From Gammaproteobacteria bacterium (lineage in GTDB: Bacteria > Pseudomonadota > Gammaproteobacteria > Eutrophobiales > Eutrophobiaceae): a stretch of 64,000 nt of DNA. The stretch is from contig JAJFKL010000048.1 of the NCBI GenBank assembly GCA_021773235.1, forward strand, positions 44,687 through 108,686. Reading direction: 5' to 3'. Both the position numbers and the translations under genes were made by a program. This document shows positions 45,679-56,059 of this stretch, piece after piece. Below the pieces are notes generated by a model. It saw nothing but the letters and a program-made list of their open reading frames with translations, had not been told where the DNA came from and did no database searches. Each line of letters opens with the position of its first letter. Position 1 is the stretch's first letter.

Positions 45679-47307
45679 TTGCGTTATTTAAAAAACAATT
45701 CTTTAAAAAAAATAGCATTAATTATGCTAATTTTTATAATTAATTCACTTTATACAAATCAATCAACGGCTGAAGAATTAAAAGAAGTAAGACTGCAATT
45801 AAAATGGCGCCATCAATTTCAATTCGCAGGATATTATGCTGCTATTGAAAAGGGTTTTTATCATGATGTTGGTTTACGAGTGTTATTAAGTGAACCTAGT
45901 ATTGATGAAAACCCTATAGAAACTGTAACCTCAGGGGCTGCTGATTTCGGAATTGCTGGCGCAGATCTTATAATGCACAGAGAAGATGGTGCAACTATAG
46001 TAGCCTTGGGAGTATTATACCAACATTCACCTACAGCACTGATTGTTAAAAACTCGATCAACACACTACACGATCTTTTGGGGAAACGCGTGGCGCTTGA
46101 ATCTAGTTCAGCCGAACTTCTAGCCATGTTTCAAAACGAAAATATCGATGTTCATACACAACTTGAATTAGTACCGCACATATACAGCGTAGATGAGTTA
46201 TTGTCTGGTGATATAGATGCACTCTCCATCTATACAACAGATGAACCATATCTTTTACAACAAGCTGGTGTCGAATATCATATTTTCTCTCCTCGCGCAG
46301 CCGGCATTGACTTCTACGGAGACACTCTTTTTACAATGGCTAACACCATTAAAAAATCACCAAAAATAGTTGCGGACTTTAGACAAGCATCTCTAAAAGG
46401 GTGGCAGTACGCACTGAGTCATCAGGATGAAATAGTTGATTTGATTCTAAGTAAATATAGCCAACGTCATAGCCGAGAGCATTTGTTTTTTGAAGCAGAA
46501 AAGATGACTGCGTTAATTCGCCCAGATCTACTTGAAATAGGTTACATGCATAAAGGTCGATGGCAACACATGATAGATACTTTTCGCTCAGTGGGGATGT
46601 TAGACCGAAAAATCGATCTTGATAAATTCATATACTCACTAAAAAGTCGAGACCTTACAAAGCTGTATACTTTTATGATTATTATCACAGTCGCATTGCT
46701 TATTGTTACAGTTGTCGCCCTATTGATTTTTCGTTTGAATTCTAAACTTAAACTTCAGATTGAAAAAAAGATTTTACTAGAGCAAGAACTTCGTAATCTT
46801 GCATACACCGATCCTTTATCAGGATGCGCCAACAGACGCGCTCTAATAGAACACTTAACTGCAGAACTTTCACGCATTAAAAGGCATGAAGATGAAAGCG
46901 CATTATTAATTTGTGATCTTGATAAATTTAAGGAGTTTAATGACCTTTACGGTCATCTATGTGGAGACGAAGCAATCCGTCATTTCTCTAAAACAGTCCA
47001 ATCTATCCTTCGCCCAAGTGACATATTAGGCCGATCAGGTGGAGATGAATTTATTATTTTATTACCTGCCACTAGTCTGACTGGTGCCGATAATTTCGCA
47101 ACACGGTTACTAAAAGAACTTGAACATAAACCAGTTTCTTTTGACAACAAAGAACACCCTTTAACAGTTAGTATAGGTATTACTGATATTCATGCTGAAG
47201 ATTCCGTAGACGATATTATTTTGAGAGCGGATAAAGCAATGTATCTTTCAAAAGAATCTGGGCGAAACACTTTTAGTTCCAGTAAAAAGCCTATACATAA
47301 GTCTTAG
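45679..47307 (+). CDS. Diguanylate cyclase with a periplasmic NMT1/SsuA-like solute-binding domain
   Basis: Signal/TM segment, about 300-aa binding-protein-like domain, TM, then a GGDEF domain (RSGGDEFIILL). TTG start. Confidence 0.8.
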   Translation: MRYLKNNSLKKIALIMLIFIINSLYTNQSTAEELKEVRLQLKWRHQFQFAGYYAAIEKGFYHDVGLRVLLSEPSIDENPIETVTSGAADFGIAGADLIMHREDGATIVALGVLYQHSPTALIVKNSINTLHDLLGKRVALESSSAELLAMFQNENIDVHTQLELVPHIYSVDELLSGDIDALSIYTTDEPYLLQQAGVEYHIFSPRAAGIDFYGDTLFTMANTIKKSPKIVADFRQASLKGWQYALSHQDEIVDLILSKYSQRHSREHLFFEAEKMTALIRPDLLEIGYMHKGRWQHMIDTFRSVGMLDRKIDLDKFIYSLKSRDLTKLYTFMIIITVALLIVTVVALLIFRLNSKLKLQIEKKILLEQELRNLAYTDPLSGCANRRALIEHLTAELSRIKRHEDESALLICDLDKFKEFNDLYGHLCGDEAIRHFSKTVQSILRPSDILGRSGGDEFIILLPATSLTGADNFATRLLKELEHKPVSFDNKEHPLTVSIGITDIHAEDSVDDIILRADKAMYLSKESGRNTFSSSKKPIHKS

Positions 47308-47404
47308 TTAAATTATGTTATTCTGAATTATATGACATAGCTCTTATGAATGAGAGCTAACATGCGTTTTACTATCCGAAAACCTAACCATAGACCAGAT
47401 TAAA

Positions 47405-47620
47405 ATGAAAGACGTTGAATTATTAAAAGAACCAGTTGAATTGTATAAAATACTCAAATTTGAAGGAATGGTTACAAGTGGTGGAGAAGCTAAAAATGCA
47501 ATATCTGATGGGCAAGTCACTGTTAATGGAATAATAGAAACACAGAAACGAAAAAAGATTGTTTCAGGCGACATCATAGAATTTGGTACGGAAAAAATTC
47601 GTTTACAATTAAAACAATAA
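47405..47620 (+). CDS. ybcJ: S4-like RNA-binding protein YbcJ
   Basis: 71 aa. L...G...SGGEAK..I..G.V.VNG..ET.KR.K...GD.I.F pattern. Confidence 0.7.
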   Translation: MKDVELLKEPVELYKILKFEGMVTSGGEAKNAISDGQVTVNGIIETQKRKKIVSGDIIEFGTEKIRLQLKQ

Positions 47621-47722
47621 TACTTAAAGGAACACCAACAGTTTTAATTAAGCTCCATATTTTATATTAAGTGACAATGTTATTTTTTAGCATGTTCCTT
47701 TGAATTAAATCAGGAATTATCC

Positions 47723-48232
47723 ATGAATAATAATGATGTATTACGTCGAATCCGCTTTGTTTTCGACTTTAACGATTCCAAGATGATTGCCATCTTCAAG
47801 CAGGCAGAACACGATGTTACGCGCGCACAAATTAGTGACTGGTTAAAAAAAGATGACGATCCTAGCTACCAAGAATGCACCGACATAATGTTAGCAATCT
47901 TTTTAAATGGGTTTATTAATGAGAAGCGCGGTAAGAAAGAAGGCCCTCAGGCTGTTCCAGAAGAAAAATTAACGAACAATATTGTTTTTAATAAGATAAA
48001 AATCGCATTAAACCTTAAGGCAGAAGATGTATTGATTATTCTTGAGTCATCTGAACTTCGTATTAGCAAACATGAGTTAAGTGCTTTTTTTCGCAAACCC
48101 GGTCATAAACATTACCGGGATTGTAAAGATCAGATATTACGTAACTTTCTTAATGGCTTGCAGCATAAATACAGGGAAGCTTCTGAAGCTACACCCGCTT
48201 TTGAATGGAAACAAACCTCTAGTGATGAGTGA
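47723..48232 (+). CDS. DUF1456 (YehS-like) protein
   Basis: 169 aa, two-repeat layout starting NNNDVLRRIRFVFDF. Family is from memory. Confidence 0.6.
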   Translation: MNNNDVLRRIRFVFDFNDSKMIAIFKQAEHDVTRAQISDWLKKDDDPSYQECTDIMLAIFLNGFINEKRGKKEGPQAVPEEKLTNNIVFNKIKIALNLKAEDVLIILESSELRISKHELSAFFRKPGHKHYRDCKDQILRNFLNGLQHKYREASEATPAFEWKQTSSDE

Positions 48233-48239
48233 GATAAGT

Positions 48240-48650
48240 ATGGCTAATAATATATTGGAAGAATCACTTACTCCTGGTTTTTATGAGACTGACGCTTTAG
48301 GCCACATCAATAATACCGTCGTTCCAATGTGGTTTGAGAAAGCCCGAACACCGCTATTCAAAATTTTTACACCCGATCTTGATCCAAAAAAATGGGAGTT
48401 AATTCTTGCAAAAATAGAAGTGGAATATATGCGCGAACTTGATTATCGCATAATAGTCTCCATCAGAACGGGTATACAACATATTGGCAATAGTTCTTTT
48501 TTGATTCGTCAGGAATTATTTCAGGATAAAATACTGGCTGCTCGTGGGCTTACCACTTTAGTACGGTTCGATCACAACAACAAAAAATCACAAGCACTCA
48601 CTAAAGAATTACGCAGTGAATTAGAAAGATATTATTGGCCCATAGACTAA
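48240..48650 (+). CDS. Hotdog-fold acyl-CoA thioesterase (4HBT/YbgC-like)
   Basis: 136 aa from Met 48240. YETDALGHINN catalytic-Asp motif. The upstream part of the 48081 ORF overlaps the preceding gene. Confidence 0.7.
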   Translation: MANNILEESLTPGFYETDALGHINNTVVPMWFEKARTPLFKIFTPDLDPKKWELILAKIEVEYMRELDYRIIVSIRTGIQHIGNSSFLIRQELFQDKILAARGLTTLVRFDHNNKKSQALTKELRSELERYYWPID

Positions 48651-48758
48651 GGTATTTGATAATACGTAATCAGCATTAATAATATTGCTTAGTTAATTCG
48701 TATTAACGATAATATTTAATTTTATAATCATTTAAACAAGCGGGTAGATCATAGTCCT

Positions 48759-50423
48759 ATGGCTCAATACGTATATACCATGAATGGTGTGGGTAAAATA
48801 GTTCCACCAAAACGCCAAATACTTAAAGACATCTATCTTTCATTTTTTCCTGGCGCCAAGATTGGAGTATTAGGTTTAAATGGTGCTGGCAAATCAACTT
48901 TGCTCAAAATTATGGCGGGACTTGATACCGATATTATTGGTGAAGCCTACCCTATGCCGGATATCAAGATCGGTTATCTTCCCCAGGAACCGCAACTCGA
49001 CTCTGATAAAGATGTTCGCGGCAATGTTGAAGATGGCCTACGAGAACCGCTGGACGCTTTGGCTGGATTAACCGAAGTTTATGCTGCCTATGCCGATGCA
49101 GATGCAGATTTTGATGCTCTGGCAAAGAAACAAGAACAATTTGAGAGCATTGTAGCGGCATGGGATGCTGAAAACCTGGAAACCACGCTAGAAATAGCGG
49201 CAGATGCCCTACGTTTACCGCCCTGGGATGCCTCTATTGATACGCTTTCAGGTGGTGAGAGACGCCGAGTTGCTTTGTGTCGTTTGTTATTGTCACGTCC
49301 TGATATGTTGTTATTAGACGAGCCAACTAACCACCTCGATGCTGAGTCTGTCTATTGGTTGGAACGCTTTTTGGCTGATTTTAACGGTACTGTAGTTGCG
49401 GTAACTCATGACCGTTACTTTCTTGATAATGTTGCTGGCTGGATACTAGAATTGGATCGTGGCGAAGGTATCCCCTTTGAAGGTAATTATTCACAATGGC
49501 TCGAGAATAAAGAACAACGTCTTCAAACTGAAGAAAAGGTTGAATCAGCAAGACAAAAAGCCATAAAACAAGAATTGGAATGGGTCCGAACTGCCCCTAA
49601 AGGTCGTCATGCAAAAAGTAAGGCGCGACTTAGTCGGTTTGATGAGATGAGTTCACAAGATTTCCAGAAACGAAGCGAAACCAACGAAATTTATATTCCA
49701 CCTGGCCCACGATTGGGTAATTCTGTTATTGAGCTTACCAATGTTAATAAAGCATTCGATGATAAATTATTGTATGAAAATTTGAATCTTAATATTCCAA
49801 CAGGTGCTGTCGTTGGCATTATTGGTGGTAATGGAGCAGGTAAATCTACCCTATTTCGTATGATCGCAGGAATGGACAAACCTGACAGCGGCGAAATAAA
49901 GCTTGGTGAAACAGTTCAAGTCGCCTTCGTAGAACAAAGCCGTGAAAGTCTTGATGATAAGAAAACTGTTTGGGAGGCTATTTCTGATGGTCTCGACAAC
50001 ATCGCTATTGGTAATTATGAAATTAATTCACGAGCTTATGTTGGACGTTTCAATTTTAAAGGTACAGATCAACAGAAAACCGTAGGTAATCTATCTGGCG
50101 GTGAACGTGGTCGATTACATCTAGCTCATACTTTGAAGCAAGGTGCGAATGTATTGCTTCTTGATGAGCCCTCAAATGATCTTGATATTGAAACTTTACG
50201 CGCTTTGGAAGAAGCGATACTTGCCTTCCCCGGTTGTGTCCTCGTTATATCTCATGATCGCTGGTTTCTTGATCGCATCGCGTCTCATATTCTTGCATTT
50301 GAAGATGATGGTGAAGTTGTGTTTCTGGAAGGCGACTTTACTGAATATCATCAAGACTTTCTAAATCGTAAAGGTAATGACGCACAGCCAAAACGAATGA
50401 GATACAAACGTTTAAAGACCTAG
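48759..50423 (+). CDS. ettA: Energy-dependent translational throttle protein EttA (ABC-F)
   Basis: 554 aa. N-terminus MAQYVYTMNGV.K. Two ABC cassettes (GLNGAGKST/LSGGERRR and GGNGAGKST/LSGGERGR). No TM domain. Confidence 0.9.
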   Translation: MAQYVYTMNGVGKIVPPKRQILKDIYLSFFPGAKIGVLGLNGAGKSTLLKIMAGLDTDIIGEAYPMPDIKIGYLPQEPQLDSDKDVRGNVEDGLREPLDALAGLTEVYAAYADADADFDALAKKQEQFESIVAAWDAENLETTLEIAADALRLPPWDASIDTLSGGERRRVALCRLLLSRPDMLLLDEPTNHLDAESVYWLERFLADFNGTVVAVTHDRYFLDNVAGWILELDRGEGIPFEGNYSQWLENKEQRLQTEEKVESARQKAIKQELEWVRTAPKGRHAKSKARLSRFDEMSSQDFQKRSETNEIYIPPGPRLGNSVIELTNVNKAFDDKLLYENLNLNIPTGAVVGIIGGNGAGKSTLFRMIAGMDKPDSGEIKLGETVQVAFVEQSRESLDDKKTVWEAISDGLDNIAIGNYEINSRAYVGRFNFKGTDQQKTVGNLSGGERGRLHLAHTLKQGANVLLLDEPSNDLDIETLRALEEAILAFPGCVLVISHDRWFLDRIASHILAFEDDGEVVFLEGDFTEYHQDFLNRKGNDAQPKRMRYKRLKT

Positions 50424-50472
50424 AATAATTTAATAGTGCCATCAAATTACCTCGCTATATCGAAAACATGCA

Positions 50473-51297
50473 ATGGGATACAATGTGAACATGGATGACA
50501 AGAGCAATATTATTACCCGCTTTAACGCTATGGATAGTGCGCCTGTCGAGATCTCTACGAGTCATGGTGAGATCGTCTGCTATTCGAACAGATCACCAAA
50601 GAAAGACACACCAAATGAAGATGCCTTAGCCGTTATTCCTGTCGATGAAAAGTCAACAATATTAGTTGTTGCTGATGGTCTTGGCGGAATGCCTGCTGGT
50701 GAACAAGCTTCACAACTTATGGTTGAATGTTTAATAGCATCAGTAAGCAACATCAAGTCGTCTGTGCGTGAAGCTATATTAAATGGTATTGATGAGGCTA
50801 ATAAAACAATTTTAGACATGAAAACCGGAGCAGGCACTACTGTTTCTATAGCTGAAGTATCAGGAAACACATTGAGAACATACCATGCGGGTGATTCTCT
50901 TATATTACTCACCAGTGATTATGGCGATGTTAAATACCAGACGCTCTCTCATTCGCCAATAGGCTACGCACAAATATGCGGCGCGCTTGATCAAGAACAA
51001 GCCATGAGGCATCCAGAACGCAACTTGATATCTAATTATGTAGGTTGCAACGACATGCATATAAATATTGGCCCTATCATTGAACTAGCACCGCATGACA
51101 CGATTATACTTTCGAGTGATGCCTTGTCAGATAACCTTTATGAACAAGAGATCTGTGAGTTTATACGAAAAGGAGCTTTGCTCCATGGCATTAAAGAATT
51201 GATTGTACAGTGCAATCTTAATATGAACGAACCACTTTCCGACCGACGTTGTCATCCTGATGATTTCACGCTAGTAAGCTTTAGACAAAACACCTAA
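50473..51297 (+). CDS. PP2C-family Ser/Thr protein phosphatase
   Basis: NEDALAV, VADGLGGMPAGEQAS and SSDALSD motifs. Confidence 0.8.
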   Translation: MGYNVNMDDKSNIITRFNAMDSAPVEISTSHGEIVCYSNRSPKKDTPNEDALAVIPVDEKSTILVVADGLGGMPAGEQASQLMVECLIASVSNIKSSVREAILNGIDEANKTILDMKTGAGTTVSIAEVSGNTLRTYHAGDSLILLTSDYGDVKYQTLSHSPIGYAQICGALDQEQAMRHPERNLISNYVGCNDMHINIGPIIELAPHDTIILSSDALSDNLYEQEICEFIRKGALLHGIKELIVQCNLNMNEPLSDRRCHPDDFTLVSFRQNT

Positions 51298-51393
51298 TCA
51301 ATAGTCACGCTTTTTAACGCTTATAATATTTATAACGATAACAAGTTACTTGTTTTCGTGCGTATTCTGTATTTTAAAACGATGACGTGATAA

Positions 51394-51420
51394 CCCCCCG
51401 TGACTGATTCACGCGGGGGG
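51394..51420 (+). terminator. GC-rich hairpin, probable terminator after the PP2C gene
   Basis: CCCCCCGTG-actgatt-CACGCGGGGGG followed by TTGTGT. An adjacent second inverted repeat GTCACT-gat-AGTGAC lies at 51423-51437. Confidence 0.45.
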
Positions 51421-51893
51421 TTGTGTCACTGATAGTGACATTACAGGAGTGATGACACCCTTAACTAAAAGTATAGATCAAATTTAAATATTATCAGGAA
51501 TAAATTTATATTAATCGCCTTGATGTTTAAGGTATTCGCTAAACAATTTAATAAGTTCTTGAAATAACTAGACTCTTAAATAGATAAATTAAATTGATTG
51601 CAATCACATTATTATAAAATTCAATTTAACCCGACAAATGTATATTTTAAGATGAATAATAACCTGCGTATTGTGTTACTTATAAATCGCAGATTTGGAA
51701 ATACAATTTGATAAAGGACAAGTACGCATGGCGAATAGTCAGGTAGACTCTGCACCTACTTAGCATAAAACAGACAAACAAAAAACCATGCGAACCTATT
51801 ATATATCAATGACTTATAATTATATAATCAATGGTTTACATGTGCGATTTAGCCAAATTATGTCATTTTGTAATATTCCCCTATAATCGCGCG

Positions 51894-52325
51894 ATGCATT
51901 TTTTCCGCAAGCTATTCACCAACAAAAAACTGAGCAGCATCCTGCTTTTTGGCTTGCTCTTACGCTCGTTGATTGCAACTGGATTCATGTTAGATACCAG
52001 TCCAGCGGATGGTAGGTTTTTATCAATTGTTGTCTGCGAGGGACCTGCCAGCATTAATGCCATAGCGGGTTTATCAGAACAATCTAATCAACATGACCAC
52101 CATCAGCAACATGAAAATCATGAAGATGATCATGAAGCACAAGACCATAGTTTCACTGCTTGTAACTTTTGGTCATCAAGCAGCCAAACGTTATTAGCAA
52201 ATCTATTATTCTTTGATGCTACAAATAAAAAATTAACGAGTGAAGTAGTCGTTTATCAGACACAGTTCATACACCATTACTCAAGTAACTCCCGTTTAAC
52301 ACGCGCACCCCCATCTCTTAGCTGA
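51894..52325 (+). CDS. DUF2946-like small secreted/anchored protein with a His-rich tract
   Basis: Start taken at MHFFRKLF... N-terminal hydrophobic helix. HDHHQQHENHEDDHEAQDH tract and conserved-looking Cys residues. Lies immediately upstream of a TonB-dependent receptor, as is typical for DUF2946 (from memory). Confidence 0.5.
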   Translation: MHFFRKLFTNKKLSSILLFGLLLRSLIATGFMLDTSPADGRFLSIVVCEGPASINAIAGLSEQSNQHDHHQQHENHEDDHEAQDHSFTACNFWSSSSQTLLANLLFFDATNKKLTSEVVVYQTQFIHHYSSNSRLTRAPPSLS

Positions 52326-52419
52326 TTCAAATAATTTGTTTTATGTGGTCCTGTCCATCAGGACGATTCGTTTAAGCGAACATGCATATTGAATAACAAC
52401 AGTTTAGAGAGTAATTATA

Positions 52420-54543
52420 ATGAGTAAATCAAAGACTTTTATTGTCTGCACCATATGTGCGACCTTATTTAATACATCGACAGCTTTGGCAGAACACCCC
52501 GAAGTCATGCCTGAATTAACTGTCCCGGGAGATTTTGATCCTGGTTTTAATCATTCCTATATTAATCTCGAGGAAATACAATCAGGCGTAATCGGAACTT
52601 CCGAATTAATGCGCAAAGTGCCTGGTGGTAATGTTAATGATAACGGCTCGATCAGTGGCCAAACTCAATATCGTGGAATGTTTGGCACACGTATGAACGT
52701 TAGAGTTGATGGCACCTATATAAACTCGGGTGGCCCAAACTGGATGGACCCACCGCTTCATTATGCTCCAAAAATGCTATTGGAATCTTTCGAAGTCGAG
52801 CGTGGTATTGCGCCGGTAAGTTCAGGCACTGGTATTGGTGGATATGTCAAAGCTAAAACAAAATCAAGCAAGTTTACGAATACTGATGAATTTGAATTTC
52901 ATGGTGATATCGGCATTGGCGGTCATAGTGTTGATGATGGTTATAATCTGGGTGGACTATTAGCTTACTCAAACAATAAACACCGGTTCCATGTTCTTGG
53001 AAGTCGTGATGATGGTGGTGATCTTGAGTTTGGTGATGGCGAAATCAAAGGTAGTGGTCATGAGAGAGATAACTATGGCATCGGTTATGGCTTTCACACT
53101 GGTAATCATGAATTTGCATTGAATTTTCGTCACCAAGATACCGGAAGATCAGGTACCCCAGCTCTCCCTCTTGATATCGGGTTTTTAGATACGGAATTAT
53201 TTAACGCAAAATTCAATACTCAGTGGAACAATATTGCCATTGAAACACACATCAACTATACCGATGTAGGTCACCAGATGGATAATTTCACCTTACGGCC
53301 AGCACCAGATTTTTTTACTCCGGGCGGGACGACAGATCGTCGAATAGTTAATGCAACTAGTGACAGTATTGTTTATTCATTAAAAGGTACTCTGCCTATC
53401 GCAAAAGGTAATGTAACCGTTGGTTTTGATACACATATGAATGAACATGATTCTACTGTTCTAGATCCCGATCAGGCTTCATTTTTCGTCACTAATTTCA
53501 ATAATGTTGAAAATGATCAATACAGCATATTTCTTGAAACGCAACAACAACTGAGCCAACGTTTTGGTCTGGAATTAGGTGTTCGTTATACGCGCGTTGA
53601 GATGGATGCCGATGATGTAAGTGCAATTGTAACACCTGCAGGGACAGCTGGGCCTACGGCTATGCTAAGCACCGCATTCAATAACTCCGATCGCAGCCAA
53701 GAAGACAACAATGTTGACTGGGTTGCTGAACTCGATTTTAAAATGACTGATCATATATCGGTGGAGCTAGGAGTCGCACGTAAAACACGATCGCCTTATT
53801 ACTTGGAACGTTATCTGTGGATTCCATTGGAGGTCAATGCCGGGCTGGGTGATGGTAACAGCTATGTTGGTGACGTAAACCTCGACCCAGAAGTTTCCCA
53901 TCAAGTTGAGTTAGGTTTTAATTTGCATCATCATCATTACTACTTTTCACCGCGCGTCTTTTACCGATCAGTAGATGATTATATTCAGGGCTCAGCAGCT
54001 ACTAACGCGGCCGTTCTCACTGTCGCAGGCCTAAACAGTGAAACGTCACCATTAATATTTTCAAATGTTGATGCAGAACTTTATGGGGCAGATGCAGCGT
54101 GGGGATATGCGTTCAATACACAATGGCGCTTAGATAGTGTAATAAGCTATATCAGAGGTAAACGTAGAGATATCGATGATGACCTTTACCGTATCTCGCC
54201 ATTGAATAGCAGTCTTGCTCTAACTCATGAACGTGCAACATGGTCAGCAACAATCGAAGGTGTTTTTGTAGCTAAGCAGAACAATATTTCAAATACGATT
54301 GTTACCAGTGAAACAAGAACAAATAATTCTGCGACTTCCGGATATGCATTAATGAATATCTCAGGTCAATGGAAGCCAACACATTCACTAAGGTTTAATG
54401 TGGGTGTGGAAAATGTATTGGATAAAAATTACACCAATCATCTTAGTGGGTTCAATCGTAACAGTGGTAGTGATGTAACAGTTGGATCTAGACTTCCTGG
54501 ATTGGGTCGTAATTTATTTGCCGCTATTAGTTACTCTTGGTGA
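52420..54543 (+). CDS. TonB-dependent outer-membrane receptor (OprC/NosA-like metal receptor suspected)
   Basis: Signal peptide, plug-like N-terminal region, about 700 aa of beta-rich sequence, C-terminal ...NLFAAISYSW with a terminal aromatic residue. Confidence 0.85.
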   Translation: MSKSKTFIVCTICATLFNTSTALAEHPEVMPELTVPGDFDPGFNHSYINLEEIQSGVIGTSELMRKVPGGNVNDNGSISGQTQYRGMFGTRMNVRVDGTYINSGGPNWMDPPLHYAPKMLLESFEVERGIAPVSSGTGIGGYVKAKTKSSKFTNTDEFEFHGDIGIGGHSVDDGYNLGGLLAYSNNKHRFHVLGSRDDGGDLEFGDGEIKGSGHERDNYGIGYGFHTGNHEFALNFRHQDTGRSGTPALPLDIGFLDTELFNAKFNTQWNNIAIETHINYTDVGHQMDNFTLRPAPDFFTPGGTTDRRIVNATSDSIVYSLKGTLPIAKGNVTVGFDTHMNEHDSTVLDPDQASFFVTNFNNVENDQYSIFLETQQQLSQRFGLELGVRYTRVEMDADDVSAIVTPAGTAGPTAMLSTAFNNSDRSQEDNNVDWVAELDFKMTDHISVELGVARKTRSPYYLERYLWIPLEVNAGLGDGNSYVGDVNLDPEVSHQVELGFNLHHHHYYFSPRVFYRSVDDYIQGSAATNAAVLTVAGLNSETSPLIFSNVDAELYGADAAWGYAFNTQWRLDSVISYIRGKRRDIDDDLYRISPLNSSLALTHERATWSATIEGVFVAKQNNISNTIVTSETRTNNSATSGYALMNISGQWKPTHSLRFNVGVENVLDKNYTNHLSGFNRNSGSDVTVGSRLPGLGRNLFAAISYSW

Positions 54544-54559
54544 TTTCAATGTCACTACT

Positions 54560-54595
54560 AAACAAAGCTGTCAAATGAGTTTGACAGCTTTGTTT
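54560..54595. terminator. Bidirectional terminator hairpin between convergent genes
   Basis: Perfect 16-bp stem AAACAAAGCTGTCAAA-tgag-TTTGACAGCTTTGTTT. Confidence 0.7.
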
Positions 54596-54638
54596 CTATT
54601 GCTAGAATGTAAATAAGATTGTCACGCTTTAGAGAAAT

Positions 54639-55490
54639 TTATGCTTTCGCATTAATCTTTATATGCCAAGGCTCGTAGCGCACACCAAGTTTATTATCTG
54701 CTGGATAACGCAGTTGAAGATATCCCATTTCTGAAAGTCGTTTATATACATCTGTCTCAGTAAAGGTTCCCGTGAAATTCAACTTTCCGTAACCTTTTTG
54801 TCCAACATCAAAATCACCATTGCCATGAAATGAGTATCCTGGAGGAGCAAGGGATCGGGAGGCAAGAGAAAGATTCCCTTCACTGCTGTGAACTTTGTTA
54901 AGAAATAATAAAAACTGCTTCATGACACTGCGAATTCCAGAAGTCAGGATAACCTGATCTCCCAATTCTTTTTTTATGTCATCAAATATTTCAATTGATC
55001 TTTCCTTGTAAAGATAATTTCCGCTGTGCGGTATTTTGATAACATCTTTCTTTTTTACTTGATCGGTTATTTCTTTTAGAGGTTTTTGACCCAGAAAACC
55101 GTATAGCTGACCATCTTCATAAAAGGTTAGCTCCATAAATTGGAGTTCTTGTTTCGTAAATTCCCCAACTCTGGAATAATTACGTGCGAGAGACAGACCA
55201 TCGGTAAAATTTAATATATTAAAATTACCATGCCCAACCAGTTTCTGTAGGCGCCTAAGACGTAATACCGTAGATTCAAATGTCTCGTACTGTTCATCAT
55301 CGAGCAGCACGTCATCATCATGGACCTTATTAAAGTTGTGAATTTTCTGCAAATAATCTTTGAGTTCATCTTCCGGGTATGCTTTTTTACCAGCAAAATA
55401 ACCCTGAACAGTGTTTGCGGTTATTTTCGGAGCAATACCAAGTCCGAAAACACCTAAACCCATAGTTTTTACTAAATGCCTTCTCTTCAT
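54639..55490 (-). CDS. Peptidase M15 (VanY/D-Ala-D-Ala carboxypeptidase-like) with a Tat-type signal
   Basis: MKRRHLVKTMGLGVFGLG twin-Arg leader. SGIRS, SFHGNGDFD and EPWH zinc-site motifs. Confidence 0.7.
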   Translation of the reverse strand: MKRRHLVKTMGLGVFGLGIAPKITANTVQGYFAGKKAYPEDELKDYLQKIHNFNKVHDDDVLLDDEQYETFESTVLRLRRLQKLVGHGNFNILNFTDGLSLARNYSRVGEFTKQELQFMELTFYEDGQLYGFLGQKPLKEITDQVKKKDVIKIPHSGNYLYKERSIEIFDDIKKELGDQVILTSGIRSVMKQFLLFLNKVHSSEGNLSLASRSLAPPGYSFHGNGDFDVGQKGYGKLNFTGTFTETDVYKRLSEMGYLQLRYPADNKLGVRYEPWHIKINAKA

Positions 55491-55999
55491 ACGCTTAAAT
55501 ATTAAGGTTTGTTGTTCTTATTTATAGTCGTCAGCATAGCAGTTTTTTTCTTTTATTAAACGAAGAAAAACTAAGCCGAAAAACATTGCTAAATACAGTT
55601 CTTCTCGGTTTCTATGCGCCAAAATCATGTCTATTAATGGTTTGTACAGCAATTATTATTCCTATAACTATATGTCGGCATAATTTAATCAAGTATCAAC
55701 CCGATTGCGATAGATATAAATGAATATAGATAGACATTTTTCGGGTCGATATCATTGGATTCAAGAAATTAAAGATCACACGTGAGTTCTAATGAGCTAA
55801 AAATAACAAATATTACTCAAATATCAGTTAATTCAGGGTAATGGATGTGAGCAATTTTTAATTTATATTTAATCCATAAAGCTCATCAAAAGAATCTTTT
55901 TGTCATTAAATACAATGAGATATGTATTTTATGGCTGTTTTGATGTTCAGTAAAAGTTAGTTTAGTATTTCTACTCTGCGACTTAATACTTAGACAGCA

Positions 56000-56027
56000 T
56001 TGTGCGCTGCACAAATTTGTTTATACT
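56000..56027 (+). promoter_or_regulatory. Candidate phaC promoter (-35 TTGTGC, -10 TATACT) overlapped by the inverted repeat TTGTGC-gct-GCACAA
   Basis: 16-nt spacer between the hexamers. The palindrome at 56000-56014 lies about 45 nt upstream of the phaC ATG. Confidence 0.35.
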
Positions 56028-56059
56028 GCGTGGCTGAAATCTAAAGGAAGGGTGTAATT

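Noticed and set aside
48081-48239. N-terminal extension of the thioesterase ORF
   Set aside because: It overlaps the 3' end of the DUF1456 gene. The hotdog-fold domain and a sensible start (MANNILEE) begin at 48240.
51594-51607. Fur box interpretation of TGATTGCAATCA
   Set aside because: It shares only the TGAT/ATCA ends with GATAATGATAATCATTATC. It lies about 290 nt from the DUF2946 start. It is kept only as an unassigned palindrome and 9/10 FNR-like site.
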